DNA of 64,000 nucleotides, taken from the NCBI GenBank assembly GCA_964291655.2, contig OZ219802.1:352001-416000 (forward strand), read 5' to 3'. This DNA comes from Chloroflexota bacterium (lineage in GTDB: Bacteria > Chloroflexota > UBA11872 > VXOZ01). How positions within the stretch are numbered: the stretch's first letter is position 1; each line of letters opens with the position of its first letter. Positions 20,818-31,603 of this stretch are shown piece after piece. The position numbers and the translations under genes were made by a program. A model generated the notes under the pieces. That model worked only from the letters and a program-made list of their open reading frames with translations, had not been told where the DNA came from and did not search any database.

Positions 20818-22362
20818 ATGTCGAGAACTTCACGCACTCTTCTTATCCTCATTGTCTTTGTGGGCGGCATATCAAGTTTAGGGACGGAGATTGCTTTGTC
20901 CCGGCTCATCGCCCCGTTCTTCGGCACATCGCTCTTCGTTTGGGCAAACGTCATCGGGTTTACGCTTCTTTACCTGACATTAGGCTACTACCTCGGCGGC
21001 CGTTTGGCCGACCGCTATCCTCGCGAGGAAGTGCTTTACCAATTGACTGCGGTGGCAGCGGTACTGATTGGTGTGCTGCCGTTTGTCTCCCGCCCCATCC
21101 TGCAATACTCCCAGGTTGCATTCGCCACGTATTCTCTCGGCGTCTTTTGGGGTTCACTCTTAGTAGTGTTGCTCCTGCTGGCGGTTCCCATTACGTTGCT
21201 CGGTTGTGTTTCGCCCTTTGCGATCCGGTTGTCCTTGGAAGATGGCGACGTGCGGCAATCAGGCAGCGTGGCCGGCCAGCTCTATGCAATCTCGACCGTC
21301 GGCAGTTTGCTCGGCGCATTCTTGCCCACGCTCGTGCTGGTCCCAAACATCGGCACGCGCAACACGTTTCTGGCGTTTGCCTTCACGCTGCTCATCCTCT
21401 CAATCGTCGCCTTAGGTAGAAGGAGACTCTATCCGCTTATCTTCGTGCTCGTGCTTGTTGGGCTGGCAATTGTGCCTCAAGTGACAATTAAGCCTGCGGA
21501 CGAAGGGGTTGTAATAGAAGAAACTGAATCGGCATACAACTACATTCGCGTAATCGAGCTTGCAGACACCACGCGCTTGCTCGAGCTGAATGAAGGGCAA
21601 GCGACGCACTCGATTTATCATCCTGAACGGCTGCTCACGGGCGGACCGTGGGACTACTACTTGGTCGCGCCGTACTTCGCACCCAACGTCGCACCCGCCG
21701 ACCTGCAGCACGTTCTCATGATTGGGCTTGGCGCGGGCACAGTGCCCAAGCAAATTACGCAGATTTACGGGCCGATTAAGATCGTCGGCGTTGAGATCGA
21801 TCCCGAAATCGTGGAGATCGGGCGCAAGTTCTTTGACATGACGGAACCAAACCTCGAAGTGGTGGCGCAGGACGGCCGCTACTTTCTCATGACGGACGAC
21901 CGCAAATATGACCTGATCGGCACCGATGCCTACCAGCAGCCGTACATCCCGTTTCAAATGACTACGAAAGAGTACTTCGAACATGTGCGGGACCGGCTGA
22001 CTCCGAACGGTGTCGCCGTTATCAATGTCGGGCGTACGTCGACTGACTTTCGTTTGGTGCACACAATTGCCGGCACGATGAAGGCAGTCTTCCCAAACGT
22101 CTATATAATCGACATTCCGGGGACAATCAACAGTATTGTAGTTGCCACGAATCAGGCAAGCTCGCCGCAAGACTACCTGGAAAACATACAGCCACTTCTT
22201 GTCAGCCAGGACGTGGACGACCGGCTGCGCATTGTACTCTCCGTGGCATCCGAGCACTACCGGGAACTCACGACGGTAGATACCCAGACCTTCACCGACG
22301 ATTTGGCTCCGGTTGAGCAATTGATCCACACCATGATCCTCGACGTTGCGCAGGGTGAGTAG
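20818..22362 (+). CDS. Fused membrane / spermidine synthase-like SAM-dependent protein
   Basis: N-terminal multi-TM region; IGLGAG, VEIDPE, DGR.F, TDD.AP.E. Confidence 0.85.
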   Translation: MSRTSRTLLILIVFVGGISSLGTEIALSRLIAPFFGTSLFVWANVIGFTLLYLTLGYYLGGRLADRYPREEVLYQLTAVAAVLIGVLPFVSRPILQYSQVAFATYSLGVFWGSLLVVLLLLAVPITLLGCVSPFAIRLSLEDGDVRQSGSVAGQLYAISTVGSLLGAFLPTLVLVPNIGTRNTFLAFAFTLLILSIVALGRRRLYPLIFVLVLVGLAIVPQVTIKPADEGVVIEETESAYNYIRVIELADTTRLLELNEGQATHSIYHPERLLTGGPWDYYLVAPYFAPNVAPADLQHVLMIGLGAGTVPKQITQIYGPIKIVGVEIDPEIVEIGRKFFDMTEPNLEVVAQDGRYFLMTDDRKYDLIGTDAYQQPYIPFQMTTKEYFEHVRDRLTPNGVAVINVGRTSTDFRLVHTIAGTMKAVFPNVYIIDIPGTINSIVVATNQASSPQDYLENIQPLLVSQDVDDRLRIVLSVASEHYRELTTVDTQTFTDDLAPVEQLIHTMILDVAQGE

Positions 22363-22436
22363 ACTAACGGCTTAGCGCGCATCAGTTCTCTATGCGGCCA
22401 AGCAGAATCAAGTTTTCCCGCCGTGCCACTGAATCA

Positions 22437-22474
22437 AAGAAGCCAGCTGACAAATGCGAGTCAGCTGGCTTCTT
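22437..22474. terminator. Bidirectional intrinsic terminator
   Basis: AAGAAGCCAGCTGAC-8 nt loop-GTCAGCTGGCTTCTT, a perfect 15-bp stem between convergent genes. Confidence 0.8.
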
Positions 22475-22506
22475 CCTATTCGGTGCATCTCTTGCGAGAA
22501 GCTTAC

Positions 22507-22845
22507 CTAAGAAGCAGTCTGCAAGAGGTCGGCTTCGATAGCCTTGAGCAATTGCGCTTTGGGGCGGAACCCCACGACTCTCCCAACCTCTTGGCCGCCG
22601 CTGAAGAAGATGAGAGTCGGTATTCCTTGAACACCTAGCCGCGTTGGCGTTTCCAAATTATCGTCCGTGTTGACCTTGGCAAAGACTACCTTGCCTTCAA
22701 GCTCATTTGCCAACTCTTTGACGATCGGTTCTACCATTTTGCAGGGACCGCACCAGGATGCCCAAAAGTCTACGACAACAGGCAGAGCGGACTCTGTAAC
22801 GTCACTTGTAAAGCTATCATCCGTCACGGTAATTGGCTCAGCCAT
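22507..22845 (-). CDS. trxA: Thioredoxin
   Basis: DFWA.WCGPCK, GIPTL. Confidence 0.96.
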   Translation of the reverse strand: MAEPITVTDDSFTSDVTESALPVVVDFWASWCGPCKMVEPIVKELANELEGKVVFAKVNTDDNLETPTRLGVQGIPTLIFFSGGQEVGRVVGFRPKAQLLKAIEADLLQTAS

Positions 22846-23214
22846 TGCTTCCTCTTTCTTGTCTCGTCTAGGACCGCAGTCGCTTTTCCACTAGTTTCAC
22901 TATGACAGAGACCCTAGCGAATTTCAACCTGTTTATGTTCGCACCGAGCATGTTCTCCGGTACCAAATGTGTGCCCGGTTGAAGACGTTGGACATGCAGA
23001 GTGCAAATCGCATCCACGGTTGCCTGTGAGCTAAATTGTCTCGCTCCATTCACCCCGCACGTAGCAGGAGGTGGCCGTTCGTCAGGCAACATAGTACACG
23101 CACTTTCGCTACGACGACGAAAAAGATTCAGCTTGACGTTTGCTTGCCCCTACACAGCAGATTTGGTAGCATGGTGACCTAGAAATATAACCCCCTTTCC
23201 TCTCGCCTAGCTCA

Positions 23215-24603
23215 ATGTCTACCTTAGACTTACGAACCCTTTGGCAAACTGTTCTCGGGGAACTTGAACTCGAAGTGCCCCGCGGCCAGTTCACTGCCTG
23301 GCTCCGAAATACGCATCTCATCGATGCCAATAACTCTCCAGTTAGAGTTGGTGTGCCGCATACCTTTGCCAAAGAGGTGGTAGAGCGGAATTACCACGCT
23401 CTGGTGCAGCAGATACTGGCACGCCTTTGCAACCGGGAGGTCACGGTCGTGTACGAGGTATCCTCATCCGTACCGGAGGCCTTGGGTCAAGACACTCCTG
23501 CAGCCAGTGTGAAGTCTGCTACGCCAGACTCCCAGGAATTAGAGCAGACACAACTGCGGCGAGGTAGCGGCACACAAAGCATGGTGAACGAGAGATTCAC
23601 GTTTGACCGCTTTGTTATCGGCGCGGGGAATCGATTGGCCGCCGCCGGGGCACAGGCCGTGGCGGAACGTCCGGCGGAGGCATACAATCCGCTCTTCCTC
23701 TACGGTGGCGCAGGTCTGGGGAAGACCCACCTGCTCCATGCTATTAGCAATTATGTAATGCACTCGCAGACTGAGCGCCACATCGTCTACGTCACGTGCG
23801 AGACCTTTACGAACGAGTTCATCCGGGCGATTCAATACAAACGCATCGATGAATTTCGCGACCGCTACCGCAGCGCCGACATTATCCTGATTGACGACGT
23901 ACAATTCCTCGCCGGCAAAGAGCAGACCCAAGAAGAATTCTTCCATACATTCAACGCTTACCATGAATTCGGCAAGCAGATTGTGCTTTCGAGCGATAGG
24001 CCGCCAAAGAGCATCGAGACTCTTACCGAACGCTTGCGGAGCCGCTTTGTGTGGGGTCTCATTGCCGACATCCAGCCCCCAGACCTGGAAACCCGCATTG
24101 CAATCCTCAGCGAGAGAGCCGAGGAAGAACATGTGAAAGTCTCGGATGATGTCCTTGAGTTCTTAGCCAACCACCTCGTGAGCAACGTCAGAGAGTTGGA
24201 GGGCTCGCTAACCCGCCTCTTGGCGTTTGCGAAGTTAAACAGACAAGAGCCAACGCGGGACTTAGCGATGGAAGTCCTGGACGGTCTACTCTTCAATGTC
24301 CGGAAAGACGCCTTTTCACCTGAACAGATCCTCGATGCCGTTGCGACGCACTATCGAGTACCGGTGACGGACCTTATCGGTCCCAAGCGCGACAAGACGA
24401 TTGTCCGTCCACGCCAGATTGCTATGTATATAATGCGGGAAGAAACCAAGCTTTCGTTGCCGGAAGTCGGCAGAGTACTTGGCGGCCGGGATCACACCAC
24501 CGTGATGTACGGCTGCGACAAAATTGGCAAAGAACTCGAACAGAGCACTGAACTGGAGCAAGAGATTGCGAGCGTGTGGCATATCTTGCGGCCCGCTCGG
24601 TAG
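23215..24603 (+). CDS. dnaA: Chromosomal replication initiator protein DnaA
   Basis: YNPLFLYGGAGLGKTHL, IDDVQFL, QEEFFHTFN, RLRSRF, NVRELEG, GGRDHTTV. Confidence 0.96.
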   Translation: MSTLDLRTLWQTVLGELELEVPRGQFTAWLRNTHLIDANNSPVRVGVPHTFAKEVVERNYHALVQQILARLCNREVTVVYEVSSSVPEALGQDTPAASVKSATPDSQELEQTQLRRGSGTQSMVNERFTFDRFVIGAGNRLAAAGAQAVAERPAEAYNPLFLYGGAGLGKTHLLHAISNYVMHSQTERHIVYVTCETFTNEFIRAIQYKRIDEFRDRYRSADIILIDDVQFLAGKEQTQEEFFHTFNAYHEFGKQIVLSSDRPPKSIETLTERLRSRFVWGLIADIQPPDLETRIAILSERAEEEHVKVSDDVLEFLANHLVSNVRELEGSLTRLLAFAKLNRQEPTRDLAMEVLDGLLFNVRKDAFSPEQILDAVATHYRVPVTDLIGPKRDKTIVRPRQIAMYIMREETKLSLPEVGRVLGGRDHTTVMYGCDKIGKELEQSTELEQEIASVWHILRPAR

Positions 24604-24964
24604 AATGCTGCTGTGCCGGCAAGACCGACTACTGCCGGTTCCATTCCTGAAGCAATGACACGACCAGGTTGTCCTCAATGGCGCGACTTCTCAGCAGCTA
24701 TTCTTCCTAGCCAGGCAACCGGACCCTGCCCGAGACTGTCCCCGTCCTCTCCTACATGTCGCCGCCCCCGAAAGCCAGTGCGATGCAATTCCTCCACCCG
24801 GGCAGTCTGCCGTTGTCACGGCGGCCCGCCTTCATCGATCCACGGTGCCACGATAGCAGCCCTGGAAAAGTCAGATCTCACTTGCAAAGACCTAAGGCGA
24901 ATCTAGATCCAAGCTATCGGCCCTCCGCATCAGGCTCCATCAATCCGCAAGGCGAGGCACGTCT

Positions 24965-25588
24965 TTGAACCCCAAACCCCCACTCCTGGTTCTTGCGACC
25001 GGGAACTCCAATAAGGTTGTTGAACTCCGGCACCTCCTGCAGGACGTTCTCATAGCCCCTGTAACCGCCACCGGCCTGGGACTAGCATTGCCTGCGGAGG
25101 AACCGTACGCAACCTTTCGGGAAAACGCAGCGCACAAAGCGCTGTTTGTCGCGCGGCAGACTGACCTCTTCGTGCTGGGTGAGGATTCAGGGCTCGAAGT
25201 TGACGCGCTTGATGGAAGACCCGGTGTACACTCAAAGCGCTACAGCGGCCCCGAAGGAGATGCAGAAGCCAACAACGACAAGTTGCTGGCTGAACTCAAG
25301 AACGTACCTTGGCAACTACGTAAGGCCCGCTTTCGGTGTGTCCTGGCGTTGGCATCTGCCGATAAGGTACTGTTTACTGCGACCGGGGAGTGTGCAGGGA
25401 TAATCGCGAACGAGCCCCGCGGCAGCGGGGGCTTTGGCTACGACCCACTCTTTTTCCTGCCGGAACGGAACCGGACCATGGCCGAACTCTCGGCCGACGA
25501 AAAGAATCGGATCAGCCACCGTTCCCGCGCCCTTGTGAAAGCACGGGCATTCATACGACAATATGCTGTAGAAGCCGAGGCGCCGTGA
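24965..25588 (+). CDS. rdgB: Non-canonical purine NTP pyrophosphatase RdgB/HAM1
   Basis: ATGN..K, EDSGL.VDAL.G.PG, GFGYDP.F, KNRISHR; TTG start. Confidence 0.93.
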   Translation: MNPKPPLLVLATGNSNKVVELRHLLQDVLIAPVTATGLGLALPAEEPYATFRENAAHKALFVARQTDLFVLGEDSGLEVDALDGRPGVHSKRYSGPEGDAEANNDKLLAELKNVPWQLRKARFRCVLALASADKVLFTATGECAGIIANEPRGSGGFGYDPLFFLPERNRTMAELSADEKNRISHRSRALVKARAFIRQYAVEAEAP

Positions 25589-25668
25589 GGGAATCCCATG
25601 CGGGCGGCCGGGCCGGACACACGGAGCTAACGCAAGCCGCAGAAAGACTTCGACCGAGAGGAAAAACA

Positions 25669-26772
25669 ATGTCAGAAGAGTTAGAAGCCAAACATGAGCG
25701 CATCGCCCAATTTCTCGCGGGACAGAGTCTCGACGCTCTCGTCCTCGGGCGTGTGGCGAACTTTGCCTGGGCGACAGGCGGACGCGACGGCTTCATCATG
25801 GTTGCCACCGAACATGCCGCGGCGCACCTGATCTACACTGCTGATGAGAAAGCCCTGGTGGCGGATCGCATTGAGATGCCGCGATTTCAAGGCGAAGAAG
25901 GTCTCATGCCACCTGAGTGGACGCCGATAGCACCGTACTGGCACGCCGACCGGGCCCAAATGGTCCACTGGAACACGGTGGCCCAAGGCAAGCGTACCGG
26001 CGCAGACACCGACATCCCGGGCGCGCAGAAGCTCCCCGGTGATATCGCGCGACTGCGCTATCAACTGCTGCCTGAAGAGATCAAGCGATATCGCGCGCTG
26101 GGCCGGGCGGCCGCACACGTGCTCGAGTTAGTCGCCCACGAGATCGCGCCCGGCATGACAGAACATGCAATTGCCGGCGCAATTGCCGGTAAAGCTATCG
26201 CCCAGGGTCTCCAGGCGGCATTAACGCTCGTAGCGACCGATGAGCGCATCTTCAAGTACCGGCACCCTATCCCTACGGCAAAGTCGCTGGATAAGTACGC
26301 CATGCTTGTACTGTGTGCACGCCAACACGGCCTCATCTGTTCAGTGACGCGCTTTGTGCATTTTGGGGAAATTCCCAATGAGATTCGGACAAAGTCAGCC
26401 GCCTGCGCGCAGGTAGACGCAGCCTTTGTCCTCGGTTCGGTGCCGGGCCGCCCGGCACGCGATGTCTTTGCCGAGGCCGTAAACGAGTACGCCAAGGCCG
26501 GGTATGCGGACGAATGGCGGTATCACCACCAGGGCGGGGCGTGCGGCTACGAGTCACGCGACTACAAGGCGTCGCCTGTGAGCCAAGAGGTAATTCTTGA
26601 GAATCAAGCCTTTGCGTGGAACCCGAGCATCGCGGGCGTAAAGAGCGAGGACACAACCCTCGTAACCGCGAACGGGATCGATGTCCTCACCGCCGCTTCT
26701 GCCGATTGGCCGATGATCTCAGTGGAATGGCAAGGCAAGACGATTGAACGGCCTGCCATCCTCCAGCGATAG
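25669..26772 (+). CDS. M24 family metallopeptidase (Xaa-Pro peptidase-like)
   Basis: YRHP, TR, HHQGG..GY..R, AWNPS..G.KSEDT. Confidence 0.85.
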   Translation: MSEELEAKHERIAQFLAGQSLDALVLGRVANFAWATGGRDGFIMVATEHAAAHLIYTADEKALVADRIEMPRFQGEEGLMPPEWTPIAPYWHADRAQMVHWNTVAQGKRTGADTDIPGAQKLPGDIARLRYQLLPEEIKRYRALGRAAAHVLELVAHEIAPGMTEHAIAGAIAGKAIAQGLQAALTLVATDERIFKYRHPIPTAKSLDKYAMLVLCARQHGLICSVTRFVHFGEIPNEIRTKSAACAQVDAAFVLGSVPGRPARDVFAEAVNEYAKAGYADEWRYHHQGGACGYESRDYKASPVSQEVILENQAFAWNPSIAGVKSEDTTLVTANGIDVLTAASADWPMISVEWQGKTIERPAILQR

Positions 26773-26783
26773 GACGCGACGCA

Positions 26784-27701
26784 TTGCAGTCAACACCGCC
26801 TTCTCTGCAGCAGTCTGAGCACGACAGCCCCAAGCCCCCGCTGGAATGGCGCGGCATTGGGGTTTTCTTGGGTTGTGCTTTCGGTGTGACATGGGGAGTG
26901 TGGGGGATCGTCTTCCTGCTGGGCGGCCTTGGGAACTTGCTTGTCTTTACGGTGGGGTCTCTGCTTGCGATGTGGGGACCGGGCGTAGCCGCCATTTTCT
27001 GCAGCCGGTACATAACGCCCATGTCCAAACGCGACCTCGGCCTGCAGCGCGGCTTCCTGGAGCGCTACGCCAGCATCTACTTCTTCGTAATTCTCTTTCT
27101 CATCGCCGCGATGGGCCTGAGTGTTGGACTAGGCCTTCAGGAGGTCAATGCCACCCTTGAACCGCTGAGCAGCGAAATTGCAGACCAACAGTACCCCTTC
27201 AACGATCCGATTCTGGTGGTGTTCATCAACATCATAACCGCTTTTACCCTGGCGGCTCTGATCAACAGCCTCTTTGCGCTCGGTGAGGAACTTGGCTGGC
27301 GCGGCTACCTGCTGGCAAAGTTGGCGCCGCTCGGCATGAGCCGCGCGAGTTTACTTATCGGCGTAATCTGGGGAGTGTGGCATGCGCCGGCCATCTTCAT
27401 GGGCTACAACTATCCCGGACACCCGTTGATGGGCGCCCTCTTCATGGTCTGGTTCGCGATTGGGTGGAGCGTCATCTTTACATGGCTCCGCCAGGTGACA
27501 CACAGCGTGCTGGCTGCCGCTTTCGGTCACGGCCTCCTAAACGCCGTCGCCGGACTTCCGCTGCTCCTTCTGCTAGACACAGATTCTCTCATTCGGGCGC
27601 CGCTTGGCATCACCGGCCTCGTGCCGCTGACGTTGCTGGCAGTGCTGGTCTTCGGGCTGCTGCGAAGACAAGAACGCGAGGGTGTGGAATCGGCGGCGTG
27701 A
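26784..27701 (+). CDS. CPBP family intramembrane glutamic endopeptidase (CAAX protease/Abi)
   Basis: GEELGWRGY, WGVWH.P, HG..N motifs. Confidence 0.9.
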   Translation: MQSTPPSLQQSEHDSPKPPLEWRGIGVFLGCAFGVTWGVWGIVFLLGGLGNLLVFTVGSLLAMWGPGVAAIFCSRYITPMSKRDLGLQRGFLERYASIYFFVILFLIAAMGLSVGLGLQEVNATLEPLSSEIADQQYPFNDPILVVFINIITAFTLAALINSLFALGEELGWRGYLLAKLAPLGMSRASLLIGVIWGVWHAPAIFMGYNYPGHPLMGALFMVWFAIGWSVIFTWLRQVTHSVLAAAFGHGLLNAVAGLPLLLLLDTDSLIRAPLGITGLVPLTLLAVLVFGLLRRQEREGVESAA

Positions 27702-27957
27702 GCTCCCCAGGAATGGGAGATGGAATTGCGTGCCGCACGGCAAGAGACTTCACGATTCGCGCCACGGTCTATGCCAACGCCTATTGCGGCTGTCCGGTTC
27801 ACTCTTCGAACTTCGGAAGGGTTGAGACTGATTCCTCTGACGCTTCGAAAGGCGTATCCGCTAAAGTCGAGAGAACACCAAGTCACCCGACACTTCCGCG
27901 CGGTTCCAGCAATGACCTTGCGCTAGGACACTGCCCAGAATACCTCACACAAATCGC

Positions 27958-29799
27958 TTACGCCTGGTCGGCAAACTGCATCGTGTAGAGTTGGAAGTAG
28001 CTGCCTCTCCGCCGGAGCAATTCCTCGTGGGTGCCTTGCTCTACAATCTTGCCCCTATCCATTACGATCACCTGGCTGGCATTCTGGATGGTGGACAAGC
28101 GGTGGGCGATTACGAAACTCGTCCGTCCGCGCATAAGCACTTTCAAGGCTTCCTGTATCTGCTGCTCAGTTTCGGTATCCACGTTGGACGTAGCCTCATC
28201 GAGCACGAGAATGCGTGGGTCGGCGAGGAGTGCCCGCGCAAACGAGAGCAATTGCCGCTGACCGATTGAGAGTTGCGTGCCGCGTTCGCCAACCATCGTT
28301 TCATAGCGAAAGGGCTGCGCCTCTAGAAAGTCATGGAGACGCACCGCCTTGGCAACCGCTACGATCTCCTCATCGGAAGCATCGAGCTTACCGTAACGGA
28401 TATTCTCACTAACGGTGCCCGAAAACAGAAACGGTTCCTGCAGAACGAGTCCAATCTGGTCGCGCAAGCTCTCGACGGTGACGCTGCCAATATTGTAGCC
28501 GTCGACCGTCACCGTGCCCGACCGAATGTCATAGAAGCGGCAGAGAACATTGATAATGGACGTCTTCCCCGCGCCGGTGTGTCCGACGATGGCGAAGATC
28601 TCTCCCGGTTTCGCGTCCAGCGAAATGCCGTGGAGCACAGGCGTATCCTCGACGTATTCAAAGACAACGTTTTCGAAGCGGACGTGGCCGCGCACTGCCG
28701 GCAGGGCCCGGGCATCCGGCGCGTTCACAATGTCCGGCTTCTGGTCCAGCAGTGCAAATACCCGCTCGCTGGCAGCCATAGCCGACTGCATCTGGTTGAA
28801 GCGCGCAGAGATGCTCTGCAGGGGCTGGAAGAACCGTTGCACATAACTCAGGAAGGCAACAAGGATCCCGAGAGTGAGGGTGCCCTGGACGACTGCCACG
28901 CCACCAAACCAGATGATGATTACGATAGCGACCGAATTTATGATGCTTACGGTTGGCGAAAAAGCCGCGGCGAGTCCGTTTGCCTTTAACGTAGATCTCA
29001 CGTACCGATCGCTCAAACCCGTGAACCTGCGCAAATTCTCAACTTGACGAGAGTACGCTTGGGTCACGCGTACGCCCAGGATGCTCTCCGCAAAATACCC
29101 ATTCATTACGCTGCGTTCTTCACGGGCCTCGCGCCACGCGTTGCGAGTCTTGCCTTTGAAAAAGAAAGCCACGGCGATGAGGCCGGGGAAGACAATGAAC
29201 GTGAAGAGCGCCAGTTGCCAGTGCATGTATAACATGACAAAAAGGATGCCCACCAAGATGAAGAGATCCGTAGCGGTGTTCACGATGCCTTCCGTAACGA
29301 GACGGTTGATGTCCCGCACGTCGCTTGTTACACGTGTGATGATCCGCCCGGCGCGGTTGCGGTCGTAGAAGCCCAGCGAGAGACGTTGGAGGTGCTCAAA
29401 GAGGCCCTGGCGCAGTGAGAAGAGCAACTGCTGGCCCAGCCAGCTTATGATCCAGCCCCGTGCTCCCATGGCGCCAAAGAGCACTAGTCCGGCGGCGAGA
29501 TAGAGTACGGCGAGAATATCAAGTCCGCGCAAATCGCCACTGGCGAGCGGACCGTCGATGGCCAGCTTGAGCAAGAAGGGACGTAGCACGCTCGCTACCG
29601 TATAGATGAAAGTGACGATAACCCCGCCTGCTATTTGCCAGCGGAATCCTGCCGTATAACCGAAGAGGCGGGCAATGATCTTGAAGTCGATCTCACCCTT
29701 AACCTGCTCCTCCTCGTCCACCGGCTCTGCAGAGGGCTTGTTGGGCGCCTTGCGGTTTTCGTTCGCGGAAGGCGGCGGCTGTTTGGCACGCTCAGTCAT
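27958..29799 (-). CDS. ABC exporter, fused TMD + NBD (heterodimer subunit B)
   Basis: GHTGAGKT, LSIGQRQ, LDEATS, IAHRL; start overlaps the upstream stop (ATGACTGA). Confidence 0.93.
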   Translation of the reverse strand: MTERAKQPPPSANENRKAPNKPSAEPVDEEEQVKGEIDFKIIARLFGYTAGFRWQIAGGVIVTFIYTVASVLRPFLLKLAIDGPLASGDLRGLDILAVLYLAAGLVLFGAMGARGWIISWLGQQLLFSLRQGLFEHLQRLSLGFYDRNRAGRIITRVTSDVRDINRLVTEGIVNTATDLFILVGILFVMLYMHWQLALFTFIVFPGLIAVAFFFKGKTRNAWREAREERSVMNGYFAESILGVRVTQAYSRQVENLRRFTGLSDRYVRSTLKANGLAAAFSPTVSIINSVAIVIIIWFGGVAVVQGTLTLGILVAFLSYVQRFFQPLQSISARFNQMQSAMAASERVFALLDQKPDIVNAPDARALPAVRGHVRFENVVFEYVEDTPVLHGISLDAKPGEIFAIVGHTGAGKTSIINVLCRFYDIRSGTVTVDGYNIGSVTVESLRDQIGLVLQEPFLFSGTVSENIRYGKLDASDEEIVAVAKAVRLHDFLEAQPFRYETMVGERGTQLSIGQRQLLSFARALLADPRILVLDEATSNVDTETEQQIQEALKVLMRGRTSFVIAHRLSTIQNASQVIVMDRGKIVEQGTHEELLRRRGSYFQLYTMQFADQA

Positions 29800-31582
29800 G
29801 TGCTGTCCCGTCATCACTCTGGACCCAGCCGGCCTCGCGTGCAAGCGCGGCCATGCGCTCTTGATCCTTGAGCTGGATATCATAAATGCGCGCGTAGAAT
29901 CCCTCTCGTTGGATGAGTTCCTCGTGCGTGCCTCGGTCGACAATTCGGCCATCCTCTATGACGAGGATGAGGTCCGCATCCTTGATCGTGGAGATGCGTT
30001 GCGCCACTACGAACATCGTGCAGTCTTTGGCGTATTCCTTTAGGCCCTCATAGATCCGGTATTCCGTCTCCGTGTCGACGCTGGCGGTGGCGTCGTCCAA
30101 GATGAGAATCGGCCGCCGCAGCAGCAGCGTACGCGCGAGCGCGGTACGTTGCCGCTGACCGCCGGACAGGCCGGCCCCACGCTCGCCAACGCGGTGTTGA
30201 TAGCCTTCTGCAAACTCAGTGATAAAATCATGGGCTTGGGCGGCTGTGGCCGCAGCCACGATCTCATCCATGCTGGCATCAGGCCGGCCGTAAGCGATGT
30301 TGTTCGCCAGCGTGTCCGCATAGAGGAGTGGCTCTTGGAGCGCGATCCCAATCTGCTCCCTCAGGGACTCCTGCGTAACGTCGCGCACGTCGTGGCCGTC
30401 AACTTTGACCGCACCCTCCTGCACGTCGTAGAACCGCGCAATCAGGTAAAGGAGCGTGCTCTTGCCACTGCCGGTGGGTCCCACGATGGCAATCATCTTG
30501 CCTGACGCGGCTTCAAGATTGACTTCATGCAGCACGGAGTGGCCGCGCTCATATGCGAATGAGACATCTTCCAGCGTTACTTGCCCGTTGATGGGCGGAA
30601 GCTCATGGGCACCGGTCCGGTCCCGCACAGGCGAACGTGTGTCGATCACGCCAAAAAGGCGCTCTCCGCTCGTCATACTGGATGCGATACTATCCATGAT
30701 GCCGGGGAGTTGCTGGGTCGGCTGCACAAGCATCTGAAAGTAGGTGATGAATGCCACGAGCGCGCCAATTGACAGTTCGCCTCCAATGACGAGCCGACCG
30801 CCAAGCCATAGGACGATGACAATACCGGAAACCGCAACCATATTCATGAGCGGGCCGAACGTCGAATTGAGATTAACTGCCCGCATCATGAGACGCACCA
30901 GTTCGCGCCCCTCCCGCTCAAACTTCGCCTTTTCGTGGGATTCCCGCGCAAAGGCCTTTACCACGCGCGCGCCGTTGATAGCTTCTTCCAACGTTACAAC
31001 GACACGCTCACGCTGTTGCCGAATCCAACCGTAAGCGGGACGCACACGCTTGTGGTAGACCCACGCGGTCACGCTCAAGATGGGGAGAAGCGGCAGCGAC
31101 CAGAGAGCAAGCTCGCCACTGAGCCAGAACATGATAGAGAGCACGATTGCATAGCGCAGGAAGGTATCGAGGATATTTATGATGGCTTGGGTGCCGAATC
31201 CCTGCACCAGCTCGATATCGCTCAAGGCGACGGATATCATCTCACCTGCCTGAATCTTGTCGTGAAAACCAAATGAAAGATGTTGCAGGTGGTCGTAGAG
31301 CTGCGAGCGCAGATCATACCCCGTCTTTTGGGACGTGGCGGCGGTGAAGAATGCCTTGCCAAAGAGAAAGAGCGCCGCAAGAATCGCCACTGAAATTATT
31401 GCGCCGCTCATGACCCCAATGAATTGTAGGTCTTTCTTCTCCAGGCCATTGTCGATGACTTCCTTGAAGAGCGTAGGTGCGACCAAGCTCAGCGCCGTAC
31501 TTATGAGCCACGAGCCATACGCCAGGAAGGCAAAGCCACGGTGCCGGAACGATGCAGCGATGAGTCGACGAAGAATCTCCAT
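29792..31582 (-). CDS. ABC exporter, fused TMD + NBD (heterodimer subunit A, degenerate site)
   Basis: GPTGSGKST, LSGGQRQR, LDDATAS and VAQRIS (degenerate Walker B and H-loop typical of heterodimers). Confidence 0.93.
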   Translation of the reverse strand: MEILRRLIAASFRHRGFAFLAYGSWLISTALSLVAPTLFKEVIDNGLEKKDLQFIGVMSGAIISVAILAALFLFGKAFFTAATSQKTGYDLRSQLYDHLQHLSFGFHDKIQAGEMISVALSDIELVQGFGTQAIINILDTFLRYAIVLSIMFWLSGELALWSLPLLPILSVTAWVYHKRVRPAYGWIRQQRERVVVTLEEAINGARVVKAFARESHEKAKFEREGRELVRLMMRAVNLNSTFGPLMNMVAVSGIVIVLWLGGRLVIGGELSIGALVAFITYFQMLVQPTQQLPGIMDSIASSMTSGERLFGVIDTRSPVRDRTGAHELPPINGQVTLEDVSFAYERGHSVLHEVNLEAASGKMIAIVGPTGSGKSTLLYLIARFYDVQEGAVKVDGHDVRDVTQESLREQIGIALQEPLLYADTLANNIAYGRPDASMDEIVAAATAAQAHDFITEFAEGYQHRVGERGAGLSGGQRQRTALARTLLLRRPILILDDATASVDTETEYRIYEGLKEYAKDCTMFVVAQRISTIKDADLILVIEDGRIVDRGTHEELIQREGFYARIYDIQLKDQERMAALAREAGWVQSDDGTAHD

Positions 31583-31603
31583 ATGGCGGCCTATGCCATC
31601 TTT

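Noticed and set aside
24613-24968. Short ORFs or an ncRNA after dnaA
   Set aside because: No motif, codon bias or known RNA consensus that I can support.
27720-27926. 68-aa basic ORF between the CPBP and ABC genes
   Set aside because: No recognisable family or well-spaced RBS; cannot be supported from sequence alone.
29792-31582. Apparently defective ABC ATPase motifs (LDD, AQR)
   Set aside because: This is the normal degenerate site of heterodimeric ABC exporters.
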